Source of the DNA: Ascoidea asiatica JCM 7603 | Lineage: Eukaryota; Fungi; Ascomycota | DNA: 64,000 bases | Direction of reading: 5' to 3' | Assembly: GCA_001600695.1 (NCBI GenBank) | Contig: BCKQ01000012.1 | Location: 151,440 to 215,439, forward strand | Shown: piece by piece, positions 23,288-37,610 of the stretch | Layout: every line of letters begins with the position of its first letter | How positions within the stretch are numbered: position 1 is the stretch's first letter | The notes under the pieces: generated by a model | Told to the model about the DNA's origin: nothing | The model's input: only the letters and a program-made list of their open reading frames with translations | Databases searched by the model: none | Position numbers and translations under genes: made by a program

Positions 23288-26287
23288 CAAGATTCTAAGA
23301 ATAACAATAATAATAATAATTTAAATGATAATTCAATTGATGATTCTAAATCAATTCATTCAATCTCAAATAATTTCAATTTTAATTCAAATTCAAATTC
23401 AAATACAAATACAAATTTATCTTTAAATTTAAATTCAAATTCAAATAGTTTCTTTGGTTCAAATTCAAAAAAAGATTCTTCAACTTCTGATCATAATAAA
23501 GTTTATACAACTTTATATAAATTAGTTAAATCAAGATCAACAAAATTTGATGATTTAAAAGATAATGATAAAGATATTCAAGATCTGGATTCAAAACAAA
23601 AAAAAAATTCAAATTCAAATTCAATTAATTCAAAATTTAAATATTATGCAGTTTTAAGACATGCAAATTTATTTTTATATAAAGATGAAACAAAATCAAA
23701 TTTATTACATGTTATTGTTTTAACAAATCATATTATAACCTTATTTCCAAGAAATTTAACAGATTCAGAATTATTTACAAAAAAATCTGCAATTTGTATA
23801 ATTAGAAAAGATATTAATTCTAATACAAAAAATAAAGATTCAAATTTAAATAATATTTTACCTTCAGTAAATTCTCCAATTTCTTTAGATAAAAATTTTA
23901 TTCAAAATCAATATCATAAAAAAAATTTATCAACTTTAGAAATTTTAAAAAATAATGAAATTCCACCAAAAACTTCTGCTTTTTATATATTCACAGAAAA
24001 TTGTTATGATAAAGAAGATTGGTATTTTTCTTTAATTAATGCAACAAAAAAATTAGATATTCCAAATTTTCCTTTAGATCCAAATAAATTAAATGCTTTT
24101 CAATTAGATCCTTCAATTTTTGCAAAAACTTTACATCCAAAAACTTCAAATATGATTGATTTATTACAAAATTTATATAGTTCTGAAGGTCAATTAGAAA
24201 CAAGATGGTTAAATGCTTTAATTGGTAGATTATTTTTAGCTGTTAATGGTACACCTGAATTTGAAAATTACATAACAAATAAAATTATGAAAAAATTAAC
24301 AAAAATTAATAAACCTGGTTTTATTGATGATTTTAAAGTTAATAAAATTAATTTAGGTAAATCTGCTCCATATTTTTTATATCCAAAATTAAATGAATTA
24401 TCACCTGATGGTACTTTAATAATTCAAAGTTATGTAACTTATAATGGTGAATTATCTTTAGAAGTTTCAACAAAAGCTGCAATACCTTTTGGTAAAAGAT
24501 TTTCAAATAAAGATATTTCAATAGCTTTAAGAGTTACTGTTAATAAAGTTGAAGGTAAAATTATTATAAAATTAAAATCTCCACCTTCTGCAAGACTTTG
24601 GTATGGTTTTGAAAAACCTCCAAAAATTGATTTAACTGTTGAACCAATTGTAAGTTCAAGACAAATTAAATATTCAATGATAACAAATGTTATTGAAAAT
24701 AAATTAAAAGAAGCTATAAATGAATCTTTAGTTTTACCATTTATGGATGATTTAACTTTTTTTACAACTGAAAATGAAATGTATAGGGGTGGTATTTGGG
24801 ATAAATCAGTTAGACCAAAACATTTTACAAATACTAATTCAAATAATGTTCAAACAAAGCCAAGTAATTTAAATAATAATATAAATATTAATAATAACAA
24901 TATTAAAAATAATAATGGAAATAATGGTAAAGAAACTTTAAAGAAAAAACCAAATATGAGAGTTGATACTAAATTTGATCATAGACAACAAGAAGTTCAA
25001 GAAACTTTTATTGGTGGTCCAAAAGATGATTTTTATAATAATGATATAGATATATCTTCTAAAGATTGTATTGATATTCCAAACTCAAATAAAAGTGATG
25101 TATCCTCAAGTACAAGTGGAAATTCTTTAGGAAGAGTGGGATCTGTTTCAAATGGTGCATTATTTTCATCTGAAATTAGAAATAGAAGATATTCAAATGC
25201 AACTTTAGCTACTAATTTCAATCAAGAAGTTGAAGCTTCCGCAGATGGTATATCAATAAAATCTGGTAAATCTATTAGAAAACAAAAAAGAACACATACC
25301 TCTCTGGATAGTGTAAGTATTAAAGAAGATGCACCAAGACCACTTCTTGAAAAAACTTCTTCAACAGTTGAATTATCTAATGAACAATTTTTAGCAGATG
25401 GATCATTTATACCGTATATTAAATCTGAACCTAAAGATAAAGATGATGATTATGAAGAGTATAATGAAGAAAATGAAGGTTCAAGTAGTTTTGATTTTAG
25501 AGATACTCAAGTTAATAATTTAGAACAATCAATTGAAACTTTAAAAGGTGAAAGTGATTCAAATAATTCTAGAGAAATTTCAATTGATGTTAAGCCATCA
25601 AATATTTCAAGATCAATGACAAATAATAGAACAATAAGAAAATCTAAAAGTGAAAAATCAATTTCAAATTATCGTGATGGTAATGGATCATTATCATCTG
25701 ATACAGGTAGTAGAAAACAATATAATTCACCTTTTAAAAGAATTGGAAAATGGTATTTTAAAGAAAGAAGTGCAGAAAATTTATTAGATCCACCAATGAT
25801 TGCAAGTGAAAATAATTCTCTATCAGGATCATTATCTTCACAGAAACAAGGGTCAAATTCTAATGATTCTAATGTATCAACATATAAACCTCCTGAAATG
25901 ATTCAATCTAGAAGAGCACCTAAAGGTCATAATGTTCCAAAAACTCCAATAAATCAAAATTCATTCATTAAAGGTCAAGAAGAAAGAGTAATTAAAACAG
26001 AACCATTTCAAAGACCAGAAATGAAATTTCCTGGAAGTCATTCACCATCTCAATTTGTTCCATCATCATTCAATTCATTTAATGATAATGTATTAACTAG
26101 AAATGGAGGTAGTTTTATGAGTAGATCATCATCATCAAAATCTTTAAATATAAATAAAATGGGTAATGGATATGATGATAATAATTTGCAGAGTCCTAAT
26201 ATGGGATATGGAGATATTCCTCCATTACCTCCAATGCCAATATTACCACCTAGAAAACCTCCCTTACCACCAAGAAGTGTTCATTGA
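22826..26287 (+). CDS. NVJ2: Nucleus-vacuole junction lipid-transfer protein (TM-PH-SMP)
   Basis: N-terminal YLIGGITFIP TM, PH-like YAVLRHANLFLY..KEDWYFSL, SMP WLNALIGRLFL..PPSARLWYGF..LVLPFMDD, disordered tail. Confidence 0.88.
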
Positions 26288-27401
26288 AAAAGGTTGGTTT
26301 TCATGAAGAATTATTCACTATTTTTCCTTTGTTCTTTACTTACTCCATTTTTTTTCATCTATTTTTTTTTTTGATTTTTGTCTTTTGACTTTTTATTTAC
26401 ATTTTTTCTGCCCAATGGTTACTTTTTTATCACTATTTTTTAAATAATTTACACATTAATATTTTATTGGATATATGCTTTTTTCTGGTCATTTTCTATT
26501 TCTCTTTTTCAAAATTTTTCTTGTTTTTATTACCCTTCATTTTTATCTTCATCTTCATTTTTATTATTTTATATAATTTTTGTTAACGTTTTGCTTGAAT
26601 TTTATGGTTATTTTTTGGTGAAAGAGTCTCTAAAAATTGAAATTATTGGTTAATTATATTATAGTGCAATACAAATAATTTCAGCTGCAATTGCATCTTT
26701 ATATTTCTGTATAGATATATAGAACCTCACTACTCAATAATGGCAATATGAACATATTTTTTATTATTTATTTTGTACTTCTTCAGTTGATTTTCTTTGC
26801 ATTTCTTTCTTCAAATTCCTCAATTTTTGGTGATTTTGCACCTTTTTCATTGAATTTGACTCTTCATCGGATCTTGCTCCATTAAACTCCCTTCCAAATA
26901 TGGGATATGAGTTCCTTGTTTAGTGTGTGTGTTTCACTAGACGGGGGTCCAATGCAGCCAATTCCGGTTTCTCCGATGTGCCTCTTCCCTGTGATTTCTG
27001 CACCGTCGGCAAGAACTGCTCCCAAAACGGCACGTTGCCAGAAAAATTGGTCGTTTTCTCTGCTGCTTTCGGCCTGGAACTGAATTTTGATGAAATTGTT
27101 TCATTTTGTGAGCATCGAAGAAATGAAGCTGAAATTTATTCAGAATAAAAATTACCAATTCGAGTCCATTTTTGATTAAAATTGTATTTATTATTTACTA
27201 TTTTATTATTATTTTATTAGTAATTAGCTACTATTCAATTGGTTTCAACTTGGTTTTGAATTCAAATAAATACAAAATAGCTAGAAGAATATAAAGCTAA
27301 TTTGATTGTTCTTATTAAAGATTATAATTCATAATTCAATTCATTTCAATTCAATACAATTCAAACTAACATTATTCTAATATACTTTAGCTCAATTTTC
27401 A

Positions 27402-28976
27402 ATGCTATTCTCAGAAGCTATTAATTTCTTTCCTGAAATCTTGGAAGAATTCTCTTATTTACGTATAGCTTTTCTAACTTTTCAAGCAATCTGTGAAGTT
27501 ATTATAGTTTGTATTTCTGGATATGTTTGTGCGAAAATTAATTTATTAGATTCTTCTGCTCAATTATCTATATCTGGTTTGAATATAGATTTATTAACTC
27601 CATGTTTAATTTTTTCAAAATTAGCTCCAGCTTTATCTTTAAAAACAATTGTAGAATTAGCTATAATTCCACTTCTTTATGTTTTATCAACTTTAGTATC
27701 TATATTATGTTCAAAATTTGTTTCTTCTTTTATGAATTTTAATGATGCAGAAGCTGATTATGTTACTGCAATGTCTGTATTTGGTAATTCAAATTCATTA
27801 CCTGTTTCTTTAACAATGGCTTTAGCTTATTCTTTACCAAATTTAGAATGGGATGATATTAATGATGATACTCCCGATAAAATTGCAGGTAGAGGTATGT
27901 TATATTTAATGGTTTTTCAACAATTAGGTCAAATTTTAAGATGGTCTTGGGGTTATAATACTTTATTAAGAAAAAGAGATCAAAATGAATTAAATTTAAC
28001 AAGATGTGCAAGTCATCCAAATAATAATGACAATAATAATAATAATAATAATAATATTAACAGTATTTCAGATTCAACTTATCATGATAATATTGATGAA
28101 ACTGATTCAGATCCAATTTTAATTCCAATTTCAAAACGTCGTTCTTCAATGTTTAATAATCCTCAAAATTCAAATATACATACAAATACTGATCCAATTT
28201 TAAATTCTAATGATGATGATTTTATTCAAGGTCCAACTTTAATAAGAAGAGTAACATCTGATATTGCAAGTTTATCTACAAAAAAAGTTAGACATAATAG
28301 TCTTTTATCATTTGATACTACCATTTTAGAACAACTTAATGATGATAATAATATTAATCATCCAATGTTATTACCAACTTCAAATAGTCAAAGATATACA
28401 TTTAAACAAAAATCAATAATTTTTATAAATAAAATGTACTCAAATTTTATGGATTTTATGAATCCTCCATTATGGGCAATGTTATTTGCATTTATTGTTG
28501 CACTTATAAAACCAATTCAAGATTCATTTTATGTTAATAATGGTTTTATTCAAAATACTTTATCAAAAGCAATTACTCAATTAGGTTCTGTTTCAGTTCC
28601 ATTATTATTAGTTGTTCTTGGTTCAAATTTAGCTCCTTCAAAAGATTCAAAACCTTCTTCAAAACATTATACAAAAATTATATTCTCTTCTTTAATTTCA
28701 AGAATGATTTTACCTCCAATATTTTTATTACCAATAATTGCTGTTTGTGTAAAATATTTACCAGTTTCAATTTTAGATGATCCAATTTTCTTAATTGTTT
28801 CTTTTCTTTTAACAATTGCACCACCTGCAATTCAATTATCTCAAATTTGTCAATTAAATCAAATTTATGAAAAAGAAATGGCTGGAGTTTTATTTTGGGG
28901 TTATGTTGTTTTAACTACTCCAACTACAATTCTTATTGTTGTTTCTTCATTAGAAGTACTTAAATGGGCTAAATAA
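27402..28976 (+). CDS. Auxin-efflux-carrier/PIN-LIKES family membrane transporter (YBR287W-like)
   Basis: TPCLIFSKLA, FGNSNSLPVSL, QQLGQILRWSWGYN, MNPPLWAM, PPAIQLSQICQLN. Confidence 0.9.
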   Translation: MLFSEAINFFPEILEEFSYLRIAFLTFQAICEVIIVCISGYVCAKINLLDSSAQLSISGLNIDLLTPCLIFSKLAPALSLKTIVELAIIPLLYVLSTLVSILCSKFVSSFMNFNDAEADYVTAMSVFGNSNSLPVSLTMALAYSLPNLEWDDINDDTPDKIAGRGMLYLMVFQQLGQILRWSWGYNTLLRKRDQNELNLTRCASHPNNNDNNNNNNNNINSISDSTYHDNIDETDSDPILIPISKRRSSMFNNPQNSNIHTNTDPILNSNDDDFIQGPTLIRRVTSDIASLSTKKVRHNSLLSFDTTILEQLNDDNNINHPMLLPTSNSQRYTFKQKSIIFINKMYSNFMDFMNPPLWAMLFAFIVALIKPIQDSFYVNNGFIQNTLSKAITQLGSVSVPLLLVVLGSNLAPSKDSKPSSKHYTKIIFSSLISRMILPPIFLLPIIAVCVKYLPVSILDDPIFLIVSFLLTIAPPAIQLSQICQLNQIYEKEMAGVLFWGYVVLTTPTTILIVVSSLEVLKWAK

Positions 28977-29199
28977 TTTCATTTAATTAAAAGATATTTC
29001 CAAATACTATTTATATATTTAGTAAATTATCTTCTCAATTATTTATTATAGAAAAAAAAAAAAAATAAAAAAATATTTCAAACTTCCATCTTTAAATTCA
29101 ATTTCAATTCTCTATGTAATATATATTTATATATAATTTTATATAATCCTAAAATCAAAAATATTTTATATTAACTTATTAACTTATTAAATTAATAAA

Positions 29200-30020
29200 T
29201 TATTTATTTTCTTTAATTTCTTTAATTTCTTTAACTTTTGTAAAATTTGAATTTGTAGATTTCGGTGGTAAACCTTCTATTTTTCTTTTTTTTGAAGCTT
29301 CAATCATATTTTTTCTATTTTTTCTTTTTTTAACAAGTACACCAGGAACTGTTGATATTTTTTTTCTTTTAATTTCTTCAACTTTTAATTTATGTTTACT
29401 TTTCTTTGATAATTTTGGTAAATTATTTAACCATTTACTATAATCACTACCTGAATTTTTCATTACATTAACAATTGTTTTAATTGATTCAATATCATCT
29501 TTTGTATAAAAAGTAATTGCTTTACCAGCATTTTCACCTCTTGCAGTTCTACCAATTCTATGAATATAAGCTTGAGAAGTATTTGGTACATCATAATTTA
29601 TAACTAAATTAACACCTTTAAAATCTAAACCTCTTGAAAGAATATCAGTTGAAATTAAAACCCAAATTTGACCATTTTTAAATCTTTCAATAACTTTTTC
29701 TCTTTGAATTTGAGATCTTTCTGCAGTTATATAATCAACATTTAATCTATCATATAATAATTCATGAAATAAAGATTTTGCTCTAATCATACTTTGTAAA
29801 AAAATTATAATTGGAGGTTTAAATTCACTATTTTGAATCATTTGTCTTATAGCTAATAATTTACCTTCTTCATTACCACAAAATATTAATTTTTGATCAA
29901 TTTTATCATTTGCTGATTGTTTATTACCAATTATTACTCTTATTGGAGAAAACATAATTTTTGAAGCAATTTCTTCAACAGAAGATGGAATAGTTGCAGA
30001 AAACATTAATTTTTGTAAAC

Positions 30021-30051
<31 letters not shown>

Positions 30052-31011
30052 TGAATTATTTTCAGTACAATAAGTTAAAATTTTATCAGTTTGTTCAATA
30101 AAATTTTTATCAAATAATTTATCAGCTTCATCAAAAATAATTGTTTTTAAATTATTTAAAATTATATTTTTATTTGTTATTAAATCAATTAATCTTAATG
30201 GAGTTGTAATTAAAATATCATATTTAATATTTAAATTTAAATTATTTATATTTAAATTTTTAAATTTTAAAGCTAAAGATTTTGATAATAAACCAATATT
30301 AATTTGATTATTTAAATTTTTAATTAATTTTATTGAAATATTATAAATTTGATTTGCTAATTCTTTTGTTGGAGAAATTATAATACATTTTATACCTTTA
30401 TTATTATAATTATTATTATTATTAATATTATTATTATTATTATTATTTGAAGATAATTTTAAATTTGATAAAATTTGATGAATTATTGGTATTAAAAATG
30501 CTAAAGTTTTACCAGAACCAGTTGAAGAAATTCCAATAAAATCTCTATTAAAAGAAATTATTGGTATTGATTCAGATTGAATTGGAGTTGGATTATTAAA
30601 ATTATTTAAAATTAAATTATTTAATAAAATTTTATTTAATTTAAATCTTAAAATTAAATCATTAAATGAAGATATTGGTAATGGTAAATCATTACCAATT
30701 ATATTACATTTATTTTTTTTTCTAAAAATTTTTGCATCTTCTTGATCTTTAATTTTTATTGAAATTTCTTCATCAATATTTTCATTGTCATTGTCACTGT
30801 CACTGTCACTGTCACTGTCACTATTACTAATATCAGAATCTGAAAAAGTTTTAGAATGAAAAAAATCTAATTCTTTTTCAATTTGAATATCTAAATTTTT
30901 TTCATTTTTTTTATCAATTTTTTTCTTAAAATTTGATTTTATAGAATTTCCAGTAAGTAAAGATTTATCTTTTATTGAAGAACCTCTTGATAATATTTTA
31001 AATACATCCAT
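29200..31011 (-). CDS. ROK1: DEAD-box RNA helicase, 18S rRNA processing
   Basis: MDVFKILSRG N-terminus, TGSGKT, DEAD, SAT, EEGKLLAIRQ, FKPPIIIFLQS, HRIGRTAR. Confidence 0.95.
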
Positions 31012-31110
31012 TATTAATATAAATTGTTTTTAAAAAAATTGAAAAGAATAATTAAAAGAATAATTAAAATAAAATTAAATAAAATTTTAATAATTTTCTT
31101 TTTTTTTTTG

Positions 31111-31120
31111 GAATTTTTCA
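31111..31120 (-). promoter_or_regulatory. RRPE element upstream of ROK1
   Basis: TGAAAAATTC ~100 bp upstream of a ribosome-biogenesis gene; TGAAAATTTT at 32827-32836 upstream of SQT1. Confidence 0.5.
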
Positions 31121-31371
31121 ATAATAATAAAAAAACTCAAAAATTTAAAACCCAATTCAATGGGTTTAATGTCAGTTAAGGTAACTGAAAGTATATCCCA
31201 AACATTGGTTTCAATACAGTCATGTGATTTTTAATATGCAAGTTAGCGTATGTTAATGTACATCCACAAATTTGGTTTTCATTATTTTTTATAAATTGTA
31301 TTATTATTAAGTTATTTAAGTTATTTAAGTTATAAATATAAAATTAAATAAATAAATAAATAAATAAATAA

Positions 31372-31974
31372 TTATTGATTATAATCAAAGATTAAAGAAA
31401 TACCATCATCACCAGCAGTAATAATTTTATTATTTTGTAAAACAAAATCAAGAATACCAAGATTATGACCTTTAGCAATAAATTTTTGATTACCAGTAAT
31501 AATATCCCAAACATATAAATTACCATTCATTGAAGAAGCGAATAAAAATTTATTTAAAATTTTTAAATTTGTAATTGGATAATTAATTTTAAATTTTTTT
31601 CTAATTTTAAAATTTTTTTCATCAAAAATTATTATATCACCAGAAATTAAAGAAATAATAAAAATTTTAATTAATTTAAATTTAAAAAAAATTAAAGATT
31701 CTATAGAATAATCAAAAATATTTAAATTTTTTGAAAATTGAATTGGATTAAATTTATTTAAAATTTTACCATTAATATAATTTATAATTAAAATTATACC
31801 ATTTTTACTACCAAAAGCTAAAGTTTTTAAATCTTTATTTAAATTTGAAATTTTTATCCATGGTATTAATTCAATTGATTTAAAATCTTTTTGAGATAAT
31901 TTATAAATTGGAATACCTGTAAAACAATTCCAAAGAATAATTGAAGAATCTTCAGAACATGTAATTAAATTTAA

Positions 31975-32019
<45 letters not shown>

Positions 32020-32721
32020 ATTATCATTAATATTAATAAATTTACCATCATTACAAATTTTAGAATGATTAAAATTTGAAAATAATAAATTTATTGATTC
32101 AGAGTTATTATTGATGTTGATATCAATTGAATAACACCAAACAGAACCATCAGAACCACCAAAAGCAAAATAATTTAAAATTGGATGAGTTTTAATCCAA
32201 GAAATTTCATTAATTTCATTAATTTCAAAAATTTTTAACCATTTTGAATTAATATTATTAATATTAAAAGTTTTATGAATTAAAATTTTACCATTCATAT
32301 CACCAGTAATAATATAAATACCATTATTTGTAAAACCAGAAGAAATTACAGATTCTGTATGACCTTTTAATTCATTAATTAAAGTTGGTGGAATTGTATT
32401 TGAATTCCAAATATATGAAGTATTATCACCAGAACCAGTAACAATTAATGATAAAAATGGATGTTTAACAATTGTAAAAATTGAATCTTTATGTTTATCA
32501 AAATAAGTTATTGAATTATTAGTTAAATCTATTTCTTCATCACTATTATTATTTAATTCATCAATATTATTTAATTCATCAGGTTCTTTATCAGTATCTA
32601 TAGTTTCTATAATTTCTTGAATTTCATTTGGATTAACATATTCTTCATCATTTTCAATACTATTTTCAATACTATTATCATTATTATCCATATCTATATC
32701 TATATCTGAATCCTGATCCAT
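31372..32721 (-). CDS. SQT1: WD40 chaperone of ribosomal protein uL16; likely start MDQDSD at 32721
   Basis: Acidic N-terminus, IDLTNNSITYFDKHKDSIF, GHTESV, TGDMNG, GHNLGILDF, ITAGDDGISLIF. Confidence 0.92.
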
Positions 32722-33547
32722 TTTGTATATTGTATTGTATTCGATTCTTAAATAACATATAATATATTGAATATATTGAATATAATATATTGAATATAAT
32801 ATCATTTATTCAATTACAAAATTTATTGAAAATTTTAAATTGAATCTGAAATGTCGCCAGATGTGTGGTACTTCTTCTTCTTCTTCTTCTTGTTTTTCAA
32901 TTAAAGCCCTGATATTCGCGGCACGTGGCGGGTAACAGTTCTATGAGTTTGTGGCAGAAGAAAGAAAAGAAAAAGGATTATAAAAACATCCTGTTTCCTC
33001 TTGTTTCTTCTTGTTTCTTCTTCTTGTTGTGTTTCTTCTTGAAGTACTCCCAATGCAAATAGCCTTCGTTGCAGTCTGGTCAGTGTCAATTCGTTGCTGC
33101 TGGCCTGCTCCCATGACTGTGATGAACACTTCGCAGTGGAATATCAAATCGAGAAAGACTCCACCCTGCCTGATAGAATCCTACCTCAGGTCCAGGACTT
33201 AATCACCTATCTACATCTATTCACTTCCATTGTATCTCTTGTTGATTGTATCTTGTTGATTGTAGCATTGATTCCTTTTTTATTACAACATGTGACTGGT
33301 AAAAACTCTCTGCTTACGTCAGGTCTTACGTAACTGCTGACTCACTTCACTCGCTCTGAGATAAGAAAGCGCCGAAACTTCTCTCATTTGTAATTTAAAG
33401 CTGCTTTCTTATTTCTTTAGTTCTTTAGTTCTTTATTTCTTAGTTCTTTATTTCTTTATTGATTTCTCATTTTATTAAATAATTGAATGAATAAAGTAAT
33501 AATATCTAATAGATTAAATCTCTTGAGTAATAAGTTCTTAAAATTCA

Positions 33548-34828
33548 ATGACTCTTTCAACTGAAGAATCAACTGAAGATTCTAATGAAGATTCTATTCA
33601 AGAACCAAAACAAGAACCAAAACAAGAACCAAAACAAGAACCAAAACAAGAACCAAAACAAAATTCAAATAATAATATCAATTCAGATTCAGATTCAGAT
33701 TCAGATTCAGATTCTGATTCTGATTACGATTTTGAAATAGAAGATATTCCAAGAGTACTCTCAATTCAATCTCATGTTGTTCATGGTTATGTTGGTAATA
33801 AAGCTGCAACTTTTCCACTTCAAATTAATGGTTGGGATGTTGATATTTTAAATACTGTAAATTATTCAAATCATACTGGTTATGGTTCTTTTAAAGGTTC
33901 AATTTTAAATATTTTAGAATTTAATTCAATTATTAATAATCTTAAAAATTTAAAACTTTTATTAAATGATAATTATAATAATAATTATAATGCAATTTTA
34001 ACTGGTTATATACCAAATTCAAATTTATTAATTCAAATTACAAATATTTGTCAAGAAATTTCATTATCAAATTCAAATAACTTAAATTCTAATTCAAATT
34101 CAAATTCAAATAATTTCCTTTGGCTTTTAGATCCTGTAATGGGTGATGAAGGTAAATTATATGTTGAAAAATCAGTAATTTCAATTTATAAAAAAATTAT
34201 TAAAAATTTTAATATTAATATTATTACTCCAAATCAATTTGAAATTGAATTATTAATAGATTTTAAAATTAAAAATTTTAAAGATTTAAAAATTGCAATA
34301 AATTTAATTTTAAATAATTTTAATATTGATTATATTATTATAACTTCATTAAAATTAAATAATCAATTATATACTGTTTGTTCTTCAAAATTTTTTAATA
34401 ATAATAATAATGAAATTAATATAAATTTATTTAAATTAAAAAAAATTAAAAGTTATTTTACTGGTGTTGGAGATTTATTTTCTTCATTAATTTTAAATAA
34501 AATTTATAAAAATAATTTAATTTTAAAAAATTTAAATAAAAATCAAATTTTAATAATTTCTGTTAATCAAGTTTTATCAATAATTAAAAATGTTTTAAAT
34601 TTAACTGAAAATTTATCAAAATTAAATTATATTAATTTTCAAAAAAAAAATAATAATAATAATTTAAAAAATTTAAATCAAAATTCAATCTTAGGTGATC
34701 CAAATTCAATGAAATTTTTTGAATTAAAATTAATTCAATCAAGAAAATTTTTAACTAAAAATGAATGTTTTTATACTCCAATAAATTTAAATGATTTAAT
34801 TAATATTGAAAATAATAATAATATATAA
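33548..34828 (+). CDS. BUD16: Pyridoxal kinase
   Basis: SIQSHVVHGYVGNKAATFPLQ, SNHTGY, WLLDPVMGDEGKLYV, FTGVGDLFS; BUD16 rather than BUD17 is only moderately supported. Confidence 0.8.
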   Translation: MTLSTEESTEDSNEDSIQEPKQEPKQEPKQEPKQEPKQNSNNNINSDSDSDSDSDSDSDYDFEIEDIPRVLSIQSHVVHGYVGNKAATFPLQINGWDVDILNTVNYSNHTGYGSFKGSILNILEFNSIINNLKNLKLLLNDNYNNNYNAILTGYIPNSNLLIQITNICQEISLSNSNNLNSNSNSNSNNFLWLLDPVMGDEGKLYVEKSVISIYKKIIKNFNINIITPNQFEIELLIDFKIKNFKDLKIAINLILNNFNIDYIIITSLKLNNQLYTVCSSKFFNNNNNEININLFKLKKIKSYFTGVGDLFSSLILNKIYKNNLILKNLNKNQILIISVNQVLSIIKNVLNLTENLSKLNYINFQKKNNNNNLKNLNQNSILGDPNSMKFFELKLIQSRKFLTKNECFYTPINLNDLINIENNNNI

Positions 34829-34853
34829 TAATAATATATAATATTAATTATCT

Positions 34854-36416
34854 TCAATTATATTTTGCAATTAATTTAATTATATCCATAATTAATATCA
34901 CCATTTCTTTATCTCCATTATATTTATTTAAAGCTTTATTAATACCATTCATAAAATTTTCATTTTTTTGAAAATATTTCTCAATTTCAAAAATTTCTCC
35001 TTTAAAACTATTTAATAAATTAACATATAAATATAATATTCTAAATATTATTTCTCTATTATTTTTATTATTTTCTTCTTCTTCTTCATAAATATAATAA
35101 TATTCTTCATCATTTAAAATATTAATTAATTTTTCATTTAATTCTTTATTTATAATTAATTTTTCATTAATTATATCATAATATTCACTAACTATTACAA
35201 ATATATTTAAAACACTAATTTGAATTTTATTATTTGAAGAATTAATTAATTTAATTAAAATATTTAATCTATTTAAAGAAATTTTATTCTCAAAATTAAA
35301 AAATTTTTCTGTACAAATTGGACACATAATTAAATTTGAAATTAATTCTAATGAAGAATTTGAAATTAATTCATCTGTTGATAAAATTAAATTTTCAATT
35401 TTTTTATTAAAAATTTTATTTATTATTATTTCTTTCAATTTCATATCTTCTATTGAAGCAATATTTGTTAATGATAATAAACTTTCAAAAATATCTAATA
35501 ATGAATAAATTGAATTATTTTCATTTTCATTTTCATTTTCATTTATACCATCAAAATTTTCAAAATTATTAATTAATTCAAATAAATATGGTATAACAAT
35601 ATAAACTGAGAATTTTTCAAAAATTAAATTTGGATTTGAAGTTATTAAAATTTTACATAATGATCTTAAACCATATAATCTAAATTTTTTAAAAATTAAA
35701 TCATTTTTTAAATCATTATTTATATCATTTTTTAAAATTTCATCATTATTTAATAAAAATCTTATAATAAAATTTAATCCACCATTTTTAATAATTTCAT
35801 TTCTTAATTGTTTTTTTAATGAAAAATTATAAAAAATTTTATTAATTTCATTTAAAATATTATTTGAAATTTTATTAAAATTTATTTCTTTATTTGTAAA
35901 AATTGAAATTATATTTAATTTTTGATGTTTTTTTAATAAATAATTAATAAAATTTAAAATAATTTCATCTTTTTTTTCATCACTAATTTCATTTTCATTT
36001 TCATTTTCATTTGAAATTGTAGATTTCTTTTTTTCAATAATTTTTCTTAATTTTTGTGTATAACTTGTTGAATAAATATCATGAAATGAAATTAAATTTG
36101 AAAAAAATAAAATTAAACCAAATAATTGTTCATTATAATTAATTAAATTTTCATTATTAAAAGTTTTAATTAATAAATTTAAGAAAAAATCAATTAAAGA
36201 ATAATTATTATAAATTTTAAATAAAATTGAATTTGATTTAAAATTTGAATTTATTAATGATAAATATGCAAAAGATTCAATTGAGAAAATTAATTTTAAA
36301 TTTGATAAATCATATTCATTATTAACTTCATTATCAAGTAAATCATTATTAGTTAATTTAAATGAGATATTATTATAAATTTCCAAAATTAATTCATCAA
36401 ATTCAGATTTACCAGG

Positions 36417-36452
<36 letters not shown>

Positions 36453-37610
36453 TTGAATAGTGAATAAATAAATTTTAATAATTATTGAAGAAGTTATAAT
36501 ATAAATAATATTAAAATTTAAAATTGAATGAGAATTATTAAAATTATTGAAAAAAATTAAATTTTTATTTGTAATTAAATTAATTAAATGAATTGATAAA
36601 TTATCAATAATAAAAATTTTTGAATTATTATCTAATAAAATTAAATTATTAATTAAAATTAAAATATTTATTAAAATTATTGAATTAAATTTATTTAAAT
36701 TTTTTGAATTTATGAAAAAATCTAATAAAATATTTTTAAAATTTAATAAAATTTTTGGTATTAAATTTTTATTAATTTTTATAATTAAATTTAAGAATTT
36801 TAAAATTTTTAAAAAATTTATTTTTTTATTAATTGATAATGAAGTATTTAAACATTTTATAATTAAATTATTTAAATCATCATCAATTGATAAATTATTT
36901 TTTTTATTATTATAATAATTTATAAGATTAAGTAAAATTGAAAGATTAAGAGAATTAATTTTTTTAAAATTTAAATTATTTTCAAAAATAGATAATGAAA
37001 TTGATAAATTAATTAAATCTTTTAAAATAATTTTATTATTAATTATTAAATAATAATTTGAATTAATTGAATTGATTTTTGAATTTATAATTGAATTTAA
37101 ACAAAATAAATTAAATTTTAAATCATTTTTATCAATTTCATTTACATTTTCATTAATATTTTCATAATCCTTTTTTAATAATGAAATATTATTAATAAAA
37201 TTAATATAAAATTGAATTAAAATAAGTAAATAAGATTCATTTTTATTAATTAATAATAAAAATGAATTAATTTTAAATATTAATGGATCATTTAATATAA
37301 ATGAATTTGAAAATGATAAAAGATTGAAATATTTATTAATTTTTATATTTATATCATTGAATTTCTCTTCATCTTCATTTTCAATTTCAATTTCATTTTC
37401 AATTTCATTTTCAATTTCAATTTCATTTTCATTATTAAATATAATTGATAATAATTTCTCATTGACTTTTAAATTTCCATCAATTGAAGAATTGATTAAT
37501 TTTGATAAAACTTCTTTATCTTGTTTATTTAAATCATTGGAATTGGTTTCATTAAAGAAATCAGTTAATTTATTCAAATCTGAATCAGTAATTGGTTTCT
37601 GAGTATTCAT
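34854..37610 (-). CDS. SHE4: UCS-domain myosin chaperone; likely ATG at 37610
   Basis: SIESFAYLSL, LRNEIIKNGGL, LRSLCKILITSNPNLIF, FESLLSLTNIAS, SLELISNL. Confidence 0.85.

Noticed and set aside
31165-31290. C/D snoRNA on the minus strand
   Set aside because: No proper C box; the CTGA is part of a short palindrome; better explained as promoter sites
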